64,000 nt of DNA, from assembly GCA_028534125.1 (NCBI GenBank), contig CM052816.1:27716001-27780000 (forward strand), in the 5' to 3' direction. The notes beneath the pieces are model-generated. The model ran no database searches, had not been told where the DNA came from, and saw only the letters and a list, made by a program, of their open reading frames with translations. A program made the translations under genes and the position numbers. The stretch comes from Lama glama (taxonomy: Eukaryota). This document shows positions 40,247 to 53,770 of the stretch, one piece after another (the first letter of the stretch is position 1; the number at the start of each line of letters is the position of its first letter).

Positions 40247-42605
40247 TATATTGGTTTATCTTTGCTATGTAGAAACTAGTGTAACAAATATAGTGGCTTA
40301 AAACAACAACCTCTTGCTTATTCGGGCAATCTCTGCAAGGCCATCCTCAAGGTTAAGCGTTGCTTCACTCAGCTGGCCTTACTAATTCCTCAGCTGTTAC
40401 TTGTCAGGCCATTTAGCGCCTGGCTGATTCTGGATTACTTGATTCACATGTTCGATTTTCGACGCATGCTCAGATGGGGGTATAACTACGACTAGACCAC
40501 GTGATTTTTATCAACCAGCAGGCTGATCTGAGTGTGTTCGCATGGCGGCCGTGGCAGAAGTCTCCCGCGCAGCAAGAAGGTAAGTTCTAATATGCAAGAG
40601 CTTTTCAAACCGATGTTTGTATCCTGTGTGCTCATGTCTCATTTATATGGCAAATTACATGGCCAACTTACACTGAAGAGGTGAGAAAACAGATTCTGTC
40701 TTTATATGAGAGGAGGGAATAATAAGTATTTTAATAATCTAGTATAGTTTGTCCTTTGAGCAGAATTTACTTTCCTCTCACTTTCAAAATACCCCCATCT
40801 CCTCTCAAGTCTGCCAAAGCCTCATTGAGTTCCAGTTTTAGGTGGTCCAGAATCTCAAGGTCTGAATTTGGCTCTTGGACGTGTTTCTCTTGTTCCTGTG
40901 AACTACAGAAAACTGCAAACTATAGTTACTAGTTATCTGTCCCCCATATACAGTGGTAAGACAGGGATAGATAGCGTAATTATAATTGACTTTCACACTC
41001 AAAAAAGGAAAAAGCAGGAGGCAGTTAGCAGGCACTGACGCATGCAACTGAGAAGTCTCACAGAGCAAATGCTCTCAAGTCTTCTGACTCTGGATCCAGG
41101 GAATGCTTTTTGATGAGGGCTCAGTTCTGCTCCATAGAAGCGGCTTCCCCATGTAAAATTCCTAACTTCCTTTGAGTGCGGTTTTTTGGTGCGTTCTCTG
41201 CGGATCTTGACGACATCGTTTGGGCTCTTGGCTCTGTCCTCTGAAATGTTTTTGTTTTTTTCCACAAAAATTGCTTGTGTTTGCAACTGAGTAGCTTTTT
41301 AAGCTTGCTTTTCCCCATAGAAAGTTGAAGTGCAGAGGGTTTTTTGTTGTTGAAATTTTAACAATCTTGGTTTCTTTCTGTCTAAACTGTGGCCCTTTTA
41401 CTGATATAACTCCCATACAATTTTTGTGGGCTTTCAGATTCTAGTCTACTCGAATCAGTAAAATCCAAAATCTCAATCGTTTTTGAGACTGCCTCTCTTT
41501 GTAGACTTAATAACTGCTTTTTGGGGGATTAAGCTTTTGTGTGGCCACACCCTTGTTCTTAGAAGCCGCCTATGTATCTCTAAGAGGTTGTTTAGCGCTC
41601 CTTGAGTCTTACAGGATTTTACCAAGGGTTTTACAGACACATCCTTGATTGTTTTCAGTTCAGTCCTTATTTTATTTTGGAAATCATTTGCTGGTTGAAG
41701 ATACTGGAAATGAGTCAGTTTTGTTTTCCAGCCCAAGTCATACAGCTTTATTTTCCCTTTAAATTCTGCCTGAGAATATAACAGTTCCTTTTTGGCTTGT
41801 CTCTCTCTTGCCACACCTTATCCTACAAGATAAAAGAAGCCAACTGACACTTTGAACATTTTGCTTGGAAGCTATCTTGTGAACAAGTTTATCGGATAAA
41901 TTTTCTGTCTTCTGTGTCCCTGCAAATGACAGTCTTGCCAATTGTTTCACTTCAGCTTTTGCAACAGTTTCCTCACTGATTTCCAGCTTCAATTTACAAC
42001 CCAGCCCTAAATCCAATGCCACATATTTTAGGTTAGTCAACAGCATCCAACTCTTTCTAGGTACTTATTATTTGTGTATGAGCTAATTTGTGTAAAAATC
42101 CCCCAAAGCTCAAAACTTAATGACTTGGAAAATTTAGACTTTTTTTAGCTTATGATTCTGTGGGTCTGCAATTTGGACTGGGTTCAGTGGTGGCTCTTTT
42201 GGTCTGAGGTGGGCTCGGCTCATCTTCGTGGACTAGCCCTTGCACCTGGTGTTAGCAAGTTGTTTGGGGGAGGCTGGCTGATCCAGGATAGTTTAACAAA
42301 TTTTTCTGTTGATTGGCTGGCTGATATCTGGACAGATAAGGTAGCTGAGACATGTGTCTCTTGTTATCTACCAGGCTAGCCAAGGCTGTATTCAGATGAT
42401 AGTGGTACCAAGAGATCCCCAAAGTGGCAAGTGTCTAAGCTTCAGTGTGTAAATGCTTTTCAAGTCTGTCTTGTGCCACAACTTGTTAATATCTTACTGG
42501 CAAAATCAATTCACATAGCTCATCCATATTGATGGGTTGGGGAAATAGATTCTGCCTTTTCATTGAAGAAATGAAGAATTGTGGTTATTTTAACAATCTA
42601 CCACA
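40247..42605 (-). mobile_element. Complete MaLR provirus: MLT1(G/H-like) LTR (40247-~40746), internal region, LTR (~42072-42605)
   Basis: Two homologous LTRs share motifs (cttttcaa, cagattctgtc/tagattctgcc, aatcta end). The internal region has typical MLT-int ends (ccacatattttaggtt...ggtac). 5-bp TSD tcttg/tcctg. Confidence 0.82.
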
Positions 42606-42997
42606 TCCTGGAAATAATTATCAATAACTATGGTCCAGTCCCCACAGTCTAATGATTTCAGTACCCATGGAATTCACAAGGGAAATGGGACTTTTCTCAC
42701 ATTTACATTTTTGAGGATGCATTTGCTAGAATAAACTACAATTCTATTTATTGTCTATATATAAATAATATGAATATAAAATAAAACAAGTATTTACCTG
42801 ACCTTTTAAGCCTTATTGTGATGTTGATAATCAATATGTACATTTCCTTGGTTACTATTTAGTTCTCTTTGATTACTAATCTAAATATCTACATAAAACA
42901 ACACAGGGAAAGCATATACATGATAAATATAGAAAGCGCTACAGCTCACTTCATGGGAGGTCAACTTTTCATAAATATTTACATGTAAATTTTAGTG

Positions 42998-43978
42998 TTT
43001 GTAGTACATAATGGTATGCTGGCTTATGCAGTATCTGCTCCATCTCCTGGTTTGTTTTCCTGAATTATTGAGGCTTAAAATCTAAAACTGAATTTTCCAT
43101 ACTCCTGGCAACTTATGTTCTTCATGTTTAAAGTCTACCAGGCAGATTTACTGTTGAGATTTGGAAGTCAGAGGTAAGTTACATTATGTGTAGCTGAATG
43201 TAGGAAGAGAGCATCTTATAGGGGAGGATTTGTTTTTTTCTGGGATAGCTAAACATGTCTTCAGAAACAAAAATGCAAATCTGGTTTTGATCCATCTGAG
43301 TATCAATTGGAAACAAAAGACATGCTTGTCTGTTTACAAAGGGACTAATTGTAAAAGTGTGAATGATATGTAAGAGATCCCAATGAATATAGCAAGAACC
43401 CTGGTCTTAGAGCAGTGGAAATATACCCTAACCCTATCCTGAGGGAATGAGAAATGGGGTAAGTTTACTGGAATCCAGAGTGAGAGAGAGTTGTGTAAGG
43501 CAATTTACCTTGAACACAGCCATACTCAGGCAACCTAACAGAACTGGAAGGAACCTAAATGAATAAATGCCATAAACTCGCCCTCTTTCTTCTTCTAATC
43601 TTCTCCCAATAACCCCCTGGTTTATCCAAGGAGTAGCCACAGGGATCATTAGCCTGTTAATATAGTCTGGAAGATCAGCCTCTTGAGGCAGAGAGCAGAG
43701 TGGATTTGGAAGAGAAAGTGATAGTCATGTGGGACAGGCTCCTCGTAGCTGTCAAATATTTGATCCGTTGGGTAGTAGGTGAAAGGCAGAAGTCCCTGTG
43801 GGGTTTTCACTAGAAAAGTACCAACGCTCTGTTCTGACTTCAATTCTTCTGGCTGTCTAGACCCCAAATTTGGTTCTTGGGCTGAGGTAGAAATTCTTTC
43901 AGCTACCTAATACCCTAATAAATCCTTTTCTGATTACAAGGTATTCTGTTGTTAGGAACAAAGAACTCTAATTATATA
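42998..43978 (+). mobile_element. LTR33-like ERVL LTR split by an LTR41-like insertion (~43300-43735)
   Basis: 5' part aaaactgaattttccatactcc...gagatttggaagtcaga; 3' part ctacctaataccctaataaatccttttctg; the middle resembles 1540-2005. Confidence 0.55.
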
Positions 43979-45757
43979 ATAGTGTTAAGGATGAACGGAT
44001 GAAAGAATAAAATCAGTGAAAATAACCTATGACCTTACTGAAATTTGGAAAATCAAATTAAAGTATAAGGTAAATGTAAAATTATGTTAACCTAAAAGAC
44101 AAAATACTAACATTCAATGTAGTAATACAATATATTTGAAATGGCCAGTGTGTTTAAATAAATCTTAGAAAATGCATAGAAGTAGAAGCAGAGAAGAAAT
44201 ATCACCATCAGATGTATAAGAAAACTCCCCTTCAAAGACTGCTGAAGATATTCTTCTATAGGTTGGTTATCTACTTTAAATCCCAGAGGTTTGTGTTTAT
44301 GTGATAAACTTCATTATGATTTAGACACTTCCCAATACCCCCAACCAATTTGGTGTCACTGACACAGATGGGCCTTTTCTCTTCAGGAGGAAAAAAAGCC
44401 TCCTATAAAATTTCAGACTTGTGGAATCCTTGAAGAGTATCTGTGAAGTTGAAGTTACCAATCCTTGTTTCGAGGAACCATGAACAAATGAGATAATTTG
44501 ATATATATGAAGGTTCGTGCTTATCACATGGTTAGTGCGAATACCCCTTGCAATAGCAATCTTCATGTTATTCCAGAGAGTCACTCAGTGCATCCAATGT
44601 GAGCTGGCATATTTTGTGGCACTTGGTCTAAGGAGAAAGTACCTTGATCTAGAGGTTCATCAGCCTATATAAGGAGTTTGCTAACAAAAGCTGAGATGCC
44701 TCTAAACTTGCTAAATAGCAGAACTGATCATTTTCTTTGGAATTTATAACTATTTAAGAAGTGTGTGACTTTGCATCAGAAACTATAATTGGCTTTTATT
44801 TAAGTTTTGAGCTCAGCAGGTCACATATTTCCTAAAGTCTGAAGCAAGATAGGCAAAGCTGGTACAATTTATATAGAAAATTGGGAAACTGTATTGAGTG
44901 TGAACCATTAAGTTTATATTAAATTGTTTTACAGTTTAAAACTGTGAGCAGTAGAAACAAAATGTGTAGTCAGAAAGGTGTATACATAGTGGTGTACTGT
45001 GAGTGTATTTGAACATTATTTGTCACTTATAAATCAGCCTTCAGCAGTATGTCTTCAATAACAAAAATGCAAAATATTTGCTATTTTAAGTAATTCTGAG
45101 GTAAGTAACAGGGTATGTGGTACATATAACTGTTTTCCCCTTGCTCCCTACATGTTATACCATCTGGACTCAGTTTTTAGGTGGTTGAATAGGCTTTTGT
45201 TCTTTTTTACTCCTTTTTTCATTGTTGTTTTGTTGAGAATCAAGACAAATGAAGATAAAATGAACTAAGAAAACAAAAAACATAGTAGAATTGTGCATTA
45301 AAAAATGTGTTCCAGATGGAGAAACTAAATGGAGAAATAGGAACAAGAGGGATGTATGAGGAATAGAATTATTTAATAGCTGGGTGGCAATAGTGCCTCC
45401 CACTTTGCTAACTAGAGGTATTATTTATTTTTAAAACTTAAAATACAATCATTTAATGTAGTAGTACATCCATTATGAGTTACCATGTATATTTAGTTTT
45501 AAAAAATAATTTTTTAATCAGAAGCTTCTGAGTTGTCCAGTCTTTTGGTTTATTCTCTATGCAGCTGCACTGATCTTCCTGTTTTATCACCTGGTCTTTT
45601 TGGAAATCAAATAAGCTTTCAGCAAATGACTTCTTTTATATAAAGTTTTAAAAATAAGTTAGATTCACTTTGTAAGAGGAAGGAAAATTGGAAGGCAAGT
45701 TAGTTGGACTTTGAAACTAAATTGTTAATGAAATTCTTCATCACCACCAATATACAT

Positions 45758-46185
45758 TTGAGAGACTGAGTATGCAAGTAGGCAATATATAAAAATAGAA
45801 CTCTGAACCACAATCTGCAGCAAAGTCAAACAACAACCTGTAGCAATCGGTGCTAACCAACCAGTTTTTGATCAACAACTGACAGCTTCCCTAATTTTTG
45901 CCCTTGCTTTCACTTTAGGATCAACTGGAGAGAGCCAAATATGTACCCCTAATCGTCAGAGTATGTCTTACTTGTTACTCCAGCCATAGCTTCCCATACC
46001 AATAGCCTCCAATTAGGGCATACCTGAACCTTCCTGCTTTTTTTGCTCCACTAAAAAGCTGTTCCTCTCATCTCCTTGTCTTTGGGTGGCTGCCAAACAG
46101 AAGCCGTGGCGGCTGGGCTGACTCCCTTGTTATAACAAACTGAATAGACTTTACTTGTTATCATTTAGCTCTTCAGTTATTTCCA
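45758..46185 (+). mobile_element. ERV1-class solo LTR (MER90/MER110-like)
   Basis: tgagagact...ataaaaatagaactctgaaccacaatctgcagca...gacagcttccctaatttttgccc. Confidence 0.55.
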
Positions 46186-47089
46186 TGTTTATTAAGGTCT
46201 TCCTCTCTTAGAACGCTCAGATCAAACCTGCACTGGCTCTTCTCATTACAGAAAGAAATATAGAAAGAAATTTCCCCATAAAAGTGAGATAACCTAGAAG
46301 GAAGCATGCCTCACAATGTTGGACAAAATCTGTTAATAGTAGGTTCTATGAAATACTTATCAATTTATTTGTTGAATGGATGGACTCTATTAGCACTGTG
46401 TCAGCAGCATGACACCAAGTGATAGAATACAAGGACTGTAATCTCAAAACACTTAAAATTTCTCAATTTTTCCAGGTAAATTTGCTGATGCAAATTTTGA
46501 TGATGCCCAAAGATAATTAGATAGTTTCCAAAAACAAGTTAGCATCTTTTTTGGATTCAGGGACTGCTATTTAGATAAAGTATTTTTACTAGTTTCATAA
46601 GATTTCATGACCCATTAAACCATTTTACTCTTGCTCACTTTTAGATCAACACCCTATTCAGTAGTTTCATTTTGGTTTGTTCTTAATGGAAATGTATTCC
46701 GGCCAGCCCATTAAAATTCCAAGTTCTGTATTTAAAGGTTTAGAACCATATTTAGTCTGTTTTCTTCTCCTTTGTAGTCTTATGCTAGAATTTATTCATA
46801 AATTACTACTTTAAGTGAAAGAAGTTGATCAATATTTAGATAAAAGTTAGTATTCCATAAAAATCCTGCTTCTGTATTCTTTCTTTGAGAATGTCTTACT
46901 TTTTTTCCCCTATATTCTATTCTATTCGTCTGTTCTATTCATAGCAATAACCAATAGAATATCAAAAGCCAGCATTTTATTTGGCTATGTTCATTCTTCT
47001 CTTCTGCCTAAAAGTCTTTTCTCCCAGTTGCTTATCTTTTGGAAACAGAATTTTTTCTTTTTATTTTTCTTCCCCTGCCTCCTTCACTT

Positions 47090-47355
47090 GCTGTCATTCT
47101 TCAAGTATTTTTGAGCACTTACTGTAAGAGGTATTGGAGATACAGGAGTGAATTAGATCCCATCCTTGTCCTTATGAAACTTGTATGAGAATGGAAGAAA
47201 ATTCACAATAAGTTGACAAATAAGACAGCTAAATATTGTGGAAATTTTTAATTAAACAGAGTGATGCAATAGACCAGGATTGAGAATTGACTGCAGTAGT
47301 TCTTCATAGAAGGCTGTCAGGGGAAGCCTTTTGGAGGTGTATGTATTTAAGATAA
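47090..47355 (-). mobile_element. L2 3' fragment
   Basis: cattcttcaagtatttttgagcacttactg...ggagatacaggagtgaa. Confidence 0.6.
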
Positions 47356-47653
47356 ATATAATTTGTGCTTTTTTCTCTTATTCATCAGCTTCAAATAATA
47401 CATTGTGAAATACAAGTTTCATAGATTATTTCATAGATTAAATTCACATACTATGATATCACTATTTGCTGCAGGATATGGGCCATAGAGGAGGAATTAA
47501 AAGTTCTCTTATTGAGAGAGTTACTATACAGTTATAATTTAACCAATGAAAATTTTTTATTGTTTAAGGATAATTATAGAACATTGCCTATAACAGTAGA
47601 CTGGATACCTTAGTTTCTTCAACTGAAGAAAAGCAGAAACAATAAATCTATCT

Positions 47654-47890
47654 CAAGAGTCAGCAAACTTTTCCTGTACTTTTCCTGTAGTGGGCTATAT
47701 AAGCAAATAATTTAAGCTTTGCAGAACACATGGTCTGCTACAGCAATTCGACTATGCCATTGTAGGGGGAAAGCAGCCACAGACAGTATGTAAATGAATA
47801 CGCATGACTGTATTCCAGTAAACATTCAATAACAAAAACAGGTGGCAGGTCAGATTTGGCCCCCAGGCTCTAGTTTGGCCACGCTGACTT
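47654..47890. mobile_element. MER58A-type hAT MITE nested in a MIR (~47590-48015)
   Basis: gtcagcaaacttttcctgta...aaagcagccacagacagtatgtaaatgaat...aaaaacaggtggcaggtcagatttggccc; MIR halves on both sides. Confidence 0.8.
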
Positions 47891-50044
47891 TTCTGATGGT
47901 GGTTATGAGGAATAAACGAGGTGATGCATTTATGATACTAAGGACAGTGACTGTTACATTGTAAGTCCTCAGTAAATACGTTATGACATTTAGTAGAATT
48001 ATGATTAGCATCATTATAGATCTTACAAAGACTAAGGGTGTCAAATGCTGGGAAAATTTCTGAGCTTAACCTACTATCAAACATTTATTTCTGTCCTGTC
48101 CCTAGTTTTTCTCTCATTAAAATTTAGTTATATTTGGGTTTCCTTTGAGTCTTAGACAAGTGAGCAATAGACATGTGTTGAGGAATTAATGGGTAGTCAT
48201 GATCCACTGTTAACCTTAAATAAAAATATATTTTGATTTTCTTGTTATTTTTATGGCATATCAACTCTTAGTGTCTTTAAATAATATTAAGAATAATAAA
48301 TGCCCTCTTGTCTTAATGCATGATACTTCAAAGGGCAATGTGCTTTATTCACTATCACTGAAAACAGTAGTTTGTAGTCATTTGGCAATTCTTTATCCTC
48401 TCTGTTCTGAGTCCTTTTTTTCTTTACCTATATCAGTTCTTACAATATGTATCATCCCTGGAACTCTGTTTCATTTTCTTCATGTATACTGTTGTGCTTA
48501 ACCTCATAGCACCATGTACAGTTTAGAAACAGATAATTTAAAAACTGCTGCTGCAGGTTGTCTGAAAGGTCCTTTAAGTTAGGAGAATAGATTTAAAAAT
48601 TTTTGACATTAAAAACAGTAGGATGCTTAGTTAGATGAAGCATGAAGATTTCTATTTGGATTTATTAATATATACTATTCTATTTTGTGTTACTATATTC
48701 TTTATTATGTAATGCATTTAAGTACATTAACACAGAGCAAGTGAACAATGTAAAATATTTATGAATTGTTCGAAGATTTTTTTCAAGCTTGAGATTAAGC
48801 ATTAGGCCACATAGAACAGTGCTAATGTTAAGGAATATACAAAACTTGACCTTTTAAAATGCTGTCCTTATTTATTATTGTAAATATTGACAGAATAATA
48901 AATTACCTATTAATTTACAATTGGTTTGATTTATAATTATGGAAGATTAATTCTGTAATTTCAGTTTAGTAATATACCTCAGAATATATATCTAGCAAGT
49001 CTGGAGGAGAGAAAATCCACAAGTATCCAGAAAGCACATCAAATTGGGTTGGTGGGGAAACTCTTGTCTGTAAAAGAGAACATGTGTCAGTTAGGCGAGG
49101 ACAGGATTGCTGCTTTCAAATTAACAAAAAGCCTGATAGGTTGAAGAGGTATCAAATTTGTAGACTGTAAAATCCTCAGTGGTACAACTAGGAGGAATGA
49201 GTTTTTGCAAGAACACAGAATTCATGAGGTAAATCAATAGCTCTGAAGCTGTTTTGAGTCATTGAGTTGATGGAAGATGTACTTGTCAATAATATGCAAA
49301 TATTTACTTAGGACTTCAGGCCCATAGATCAACTACTTTGGGGTAGAGGTGTCCATAGATCCGAGATTAAGGACCCCCTAGAGTAAGAGAAACTTTCTAA
49401 CAAAATAGAACTGTTGAAAATTGTGTTTAATTATTTGTGTACTTTCTCTTTCATTGGTCTTCCCTATCTCTCTTTGATCAATAGTTGTGTTTAGATAAAT
49501 CAAAAAATATAATATCTCCTACTCATGAGGTTTGTTGTATCTTTTCCTTGAAGTATTCAAAACTAGGATAGCTGAATAGCTTCATCTATGTAAAAGTGCT
49601 TGCACAGAAATGAATCAGTAGTCAGTAAGAATTCTTACCAAGAATCATTTGAAGTAATTATGAGTATTGAATGTGCTCTGTATCTTATAGCAGTGGAGTA
49701 CTGTATTCATTTGCATCTGATCAATTATTTAATTTTAAAGATAAGGTTCATAAAATCTTCCTGTTTAGAGATTCCTCTGAAAATTCCTCTATTTGACTTG
49801 TTAGAAAACTTAGGAATCCAATATTGGTTTGAGAATTTTTTTTTTTGAGGGAAAGAGATTCAAAACTCCTAACTAATAAAGAGGAAATGCAATTTACGTA
49901 GATAAAATACTAAAGCCAACCTTTTGCCTGCTTTTTTAATGATAAAATTGAGTGCAGATACATTATCTAGCCTTTTAATAAAGCTACCTCAAAGAGGGAA
50001 GTGATGACTACCAATTTCTCCTGCATTTTCTGAGAAACTAAATG

Positions 50045-50630
50045 GTATAGTTCAGATGTCAAAATATGGTCCTTAGACCAGGAACATTAATATCACTTTT
50101 AAGGCACAAATTGCAATTCTTGGCCATTGCCTCAGCCTTCTCCATCAGAATCTCTGGTGATGGGAACTAGTAACTATTCTAAAAAGCTCTCCAAGAGATT
50201 TTTATGTACCCTAAAGTTTGAGAACTACTGGTATAGTTGAAATTAGATGGGCTTTGGGATCAGACAAAACATTGATTTTAATCCTGATTTATTTACTAAT
50301 TTTGTAAGCTATTGCATTGGTCTGTGCTTGTTTCCTATAATGCAGGGATAATGGCATTTTTTTAGAGCTGCCAGAGGATAGATGAAAGTGTATAAAAAGT
50401 AATGCTCCCAGAAGATAATAGGAGGCACAGGAAATGGTGGTTTTTTTCATATTGGGATATGATATGTGTGATATGTGCTATTATGAATATTTACCTGGTA
50501 CCCAGGCAACTGCTTTACATATATTGACGCTCTTGACCCTTATAACAACCTTATTTGGTATATATTGTTTTATGCATTTTATAGAGGAAGAGATTGAGGT
50601 ATGGAATAGTGAATTTTCAGCTCAATGAGC
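50045..50630. mobile_element. Cluster: MER5-like MITE (~50045-50232) and two MIR fragments
   Basis: tcagaatctctgg...aagtttgagaactactgg; atgggctttgggatcagac; cattttatagaggaagagattgagg. Confidence 0.55.
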
Positions 50631-53600
50631 ACTTGAAAACTGAATGAATGTTAATGTACAATTCAAAGGTAAATGTTTATATTGAATTGGCAGTTGTTAT
50701 TAAAGGTACTGTGTTTGGTAATGGTTCTTTGTCTTCTCTTTTGAATTTTAAAAATCCAAAAAAAAATTACTTGCTGTGAAGTCTTTATCCCCAGATTAAT
50801 GTTACCTGGTTATATCTCACTGTGTCATCTACACAGTGGGTTTTTTCAGTGGTTTACTAATGGCTAGTTTGACAATCTCTTCATCAGCTTTAAATCATTG
50901 CTGATGATGCTCTCAGCTAAATAATACCAGAGGTCCAACTGATGGCTACATTTAATCATTTGTAATGTTTGTAATTTGAATAGAACTTCTTTAGTGCATT
51001 CTCTGTTTTGTGGTACATGAATTGAACCTAGGGTGAATGACATATTTTAATCTTAACCACCATTTTCAAGTTCAGTATATTCTAACTATAGAGTTCCTAG
51101 ACTGTCAGGTTCTTCACTGTCACTCTAAAAGGGTAATATATTTTCTTGAGAAAGATGTCTTGAAATCATGGCCTTTTGATGGAAAAAAAAACTGCTGAGT
51201 TAAGTTCAAGGCAAATAAATGTGTAAAATATTTCTTCAGGACTGGGTCATGCGCTTTTTAGATGAAATGCTCACATGATACTGCTGTGAATTGAAAATTA
51301 CTGCCCCCTGGCCTGACAGCTTCTGATGGCACTCTGAGCACTTCTAATCAGCGCTCCTCTCCTGACAGTGAATAGTGAGACCTCAACGATTAGTAATTAC
51401 TTTTATCATGATTCCTAATTTTTCCCCACCTCTTGGTTGCAATTATTGTGAGCTCTATGGGGTATAAACTTGTAGTATCAAATTTTTCTGCAATACAGAT
51501 GGGAAGGCTTAATTATTTCTCTTGTTTTGAGCCTGTGGGAAGCTAAAGAGGTTTCTAAGAGGTAATTTGAAGTTAACTAAGAACTGGGTCAACAAATACA
51601 TTTTGTGTATTCTTTTGAATGCAGGAACAGTAAAAATGGAACTAAATTTCTAGAGGAAACTACTTCGAAATTCAGTGCTCTCAATTAGCAAAGTAATTTT
51701 CTTCTGTGCTTGTTTGAAACAGAAAACAGCAAAGTACCCCATTGTCAGTCAAAATTAACATCCTTGCTGCTGACTTAATACTTGATAAGCCCTCATTAAT
51801 TTTTATTGAATGTATGATTTTATTTCCTTTGTATAATATCCTAAAAGATGTTTCATATGCATTTTTAGTTTTCACTATATAGTAGATATTTGTTCTTACT
51901 TATAGAAAGACATTAATTACTTTTATCTGTAAATTAAATCAATGTTTATTGTTTGGTTTTATTTTTTATGTTTGAAATGGTTTTCCCTTTTTTTTTTTAG
52001 CTTTTTCAAAAAGTGTGGCAATAGTGTTAACTATATTGACTAGTTACATACGCATCTTTTTCTATCCTTATTTTTATTTCTGTCTTTGTCCTTTGGAATG
52101 GGAATATTGTATAGAAGTTTTGGACAACAGACTATTTTAGTAGAAATAGTAGTTGAATGTTTGCAGATGAACACCTGAAATTAGAAGAGAGGGAAAAGGA
52201 CGGAAGAGGGATAAAAAGAAAATTCATAGCACACAGTCTGTTTAAGTAAAGTGGATCCTATGAACACACACTTCAGTAACCTGTTGCCTTATGTTAATCT
52301 AATCAAAGAAACTTTTCAACCGGTGCTAGCCCTGTCCGTTTCAGGTAATGAAAACTTTAAAAATATAAGTCACCATTGTTGAGCTTAAGCTGTCATTTTC
52401 TAGGGATAGCCTCACTCTATGTAAAGAACAGTCTTGCCTTGGCATTAAAAATTGTGGCTAAGATTTTTATTTGACACAAAAATGACAAAAAATATTCATC
52501 CAAAGCACTCACAAACAGGTTTTTCTATCATATTGAGAGTTTGGCTCTATGAGTATATAAAAGTTCTTACTGCTTGTTGAATCATGACAAGTTAGTAAAA
52601 TAGATACTGGGTTATTTTGGAGAATTAACGTTAACGTTAGGTCTATTTCTTCAGTTTCTGTTTTTCTTTTTTGGTTTGAAAACCCATTAAAAAAGTGACT
52701 ATTTTTTTATCTACAGGTCAGGATTTTGCTATTAGTATACTTAAAGAATATATGACAGACCAGTTAATGGGAGTACAAACTGTGAAATTTTAATCTATTA
52801 ACGTGTCTATCTGTTAATTAGATAAATATGAAAAAATTGAACATATCAGGAAATATTGGAAGTAGTTTAGTCCCTACATTCTTTAAACTGTGCATTTCCA
52901 CCTTTCAAGTTTTTCTTTATCTTTAGACTCAATGATTCCAGACATAATTAAAATTGTTTATTTTTCAATCATGAAATTCAAATAAAACTTAAAACAGTTA
53001 CTAGGCCAATGCTCCTTCTCTGGGCAAATAATCATATTCCTATTTCTATTCCTCGTATATCTTTGTGACATTTTGTAGTTAAAGTTACCTTTGTTTGACT
53101 AGTCCTAGAAAATCTGACTTCTTGTCAGTGAATGTGCTGCCTTGGGTTGTTGCTTATTACAATTTCAGCATAAAATACAAGCCAGTGTCATGTTAATGAC
53201 TGGTTTTATGCATATATCTGTACATATATACATATTAGAAATGATAATATAAGGTATAAGAAGATTGAAATATATATGGGGTGGGGAGGAGAGCCCTGGA
53301 GAAGAGTTTAACATCTCCTTGGACTTAAGTTTAGCTGTTATTCATTATACTTGTTCGGGTTTTGATGTATCCTGTTCTTAATCATTTCTAGGATATCTCA
53401 TTAATAGCATTCTGCCTACTCCTAGCCCCCTCAAGAATTCAAAACATTATTCAAAACAAAAATTCCTTGATTATGGATGTCAATAAAAAGCATCATTTTG
53501 TATCCCAATATATATCAAAGTGCTTTGGAATTCTATATTCCCAGTGTTCCCTTCTTTGGAAAAATAAAAGTCAGTTGGAATATCTGCCCTACCAGTTTAT

Positions 53601-53639
53601 TTTGTTTTTATACACTCTTTCCACGTCCTTTCCCTATAA

Positions 53640-53770
53640 ACTTCCTGACATCAATTGTGTGAAGGTTTTATCCCATACCAACCAATTCTTCTACTCTCTG
53701 GACATGAACTGAGTGTCCTACAGCTTAGTTCAGTTCTGATACTGTCTGGACTTAATGCAGATCCCAAAGA
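53640..53770. mobile_element. MER21-like LTR fragment
   Basis: cccataccaaccaattcttctactctctggacatgaactgagtgtcctacagcttagttcagttctgatac. Confidence 0.6.

Noticed and set aside
51299..51318. Possible CTCF site (ggccagggggcag on minus)
   Set aside because: Only the 3' half matches the core; the leading CC is missing.
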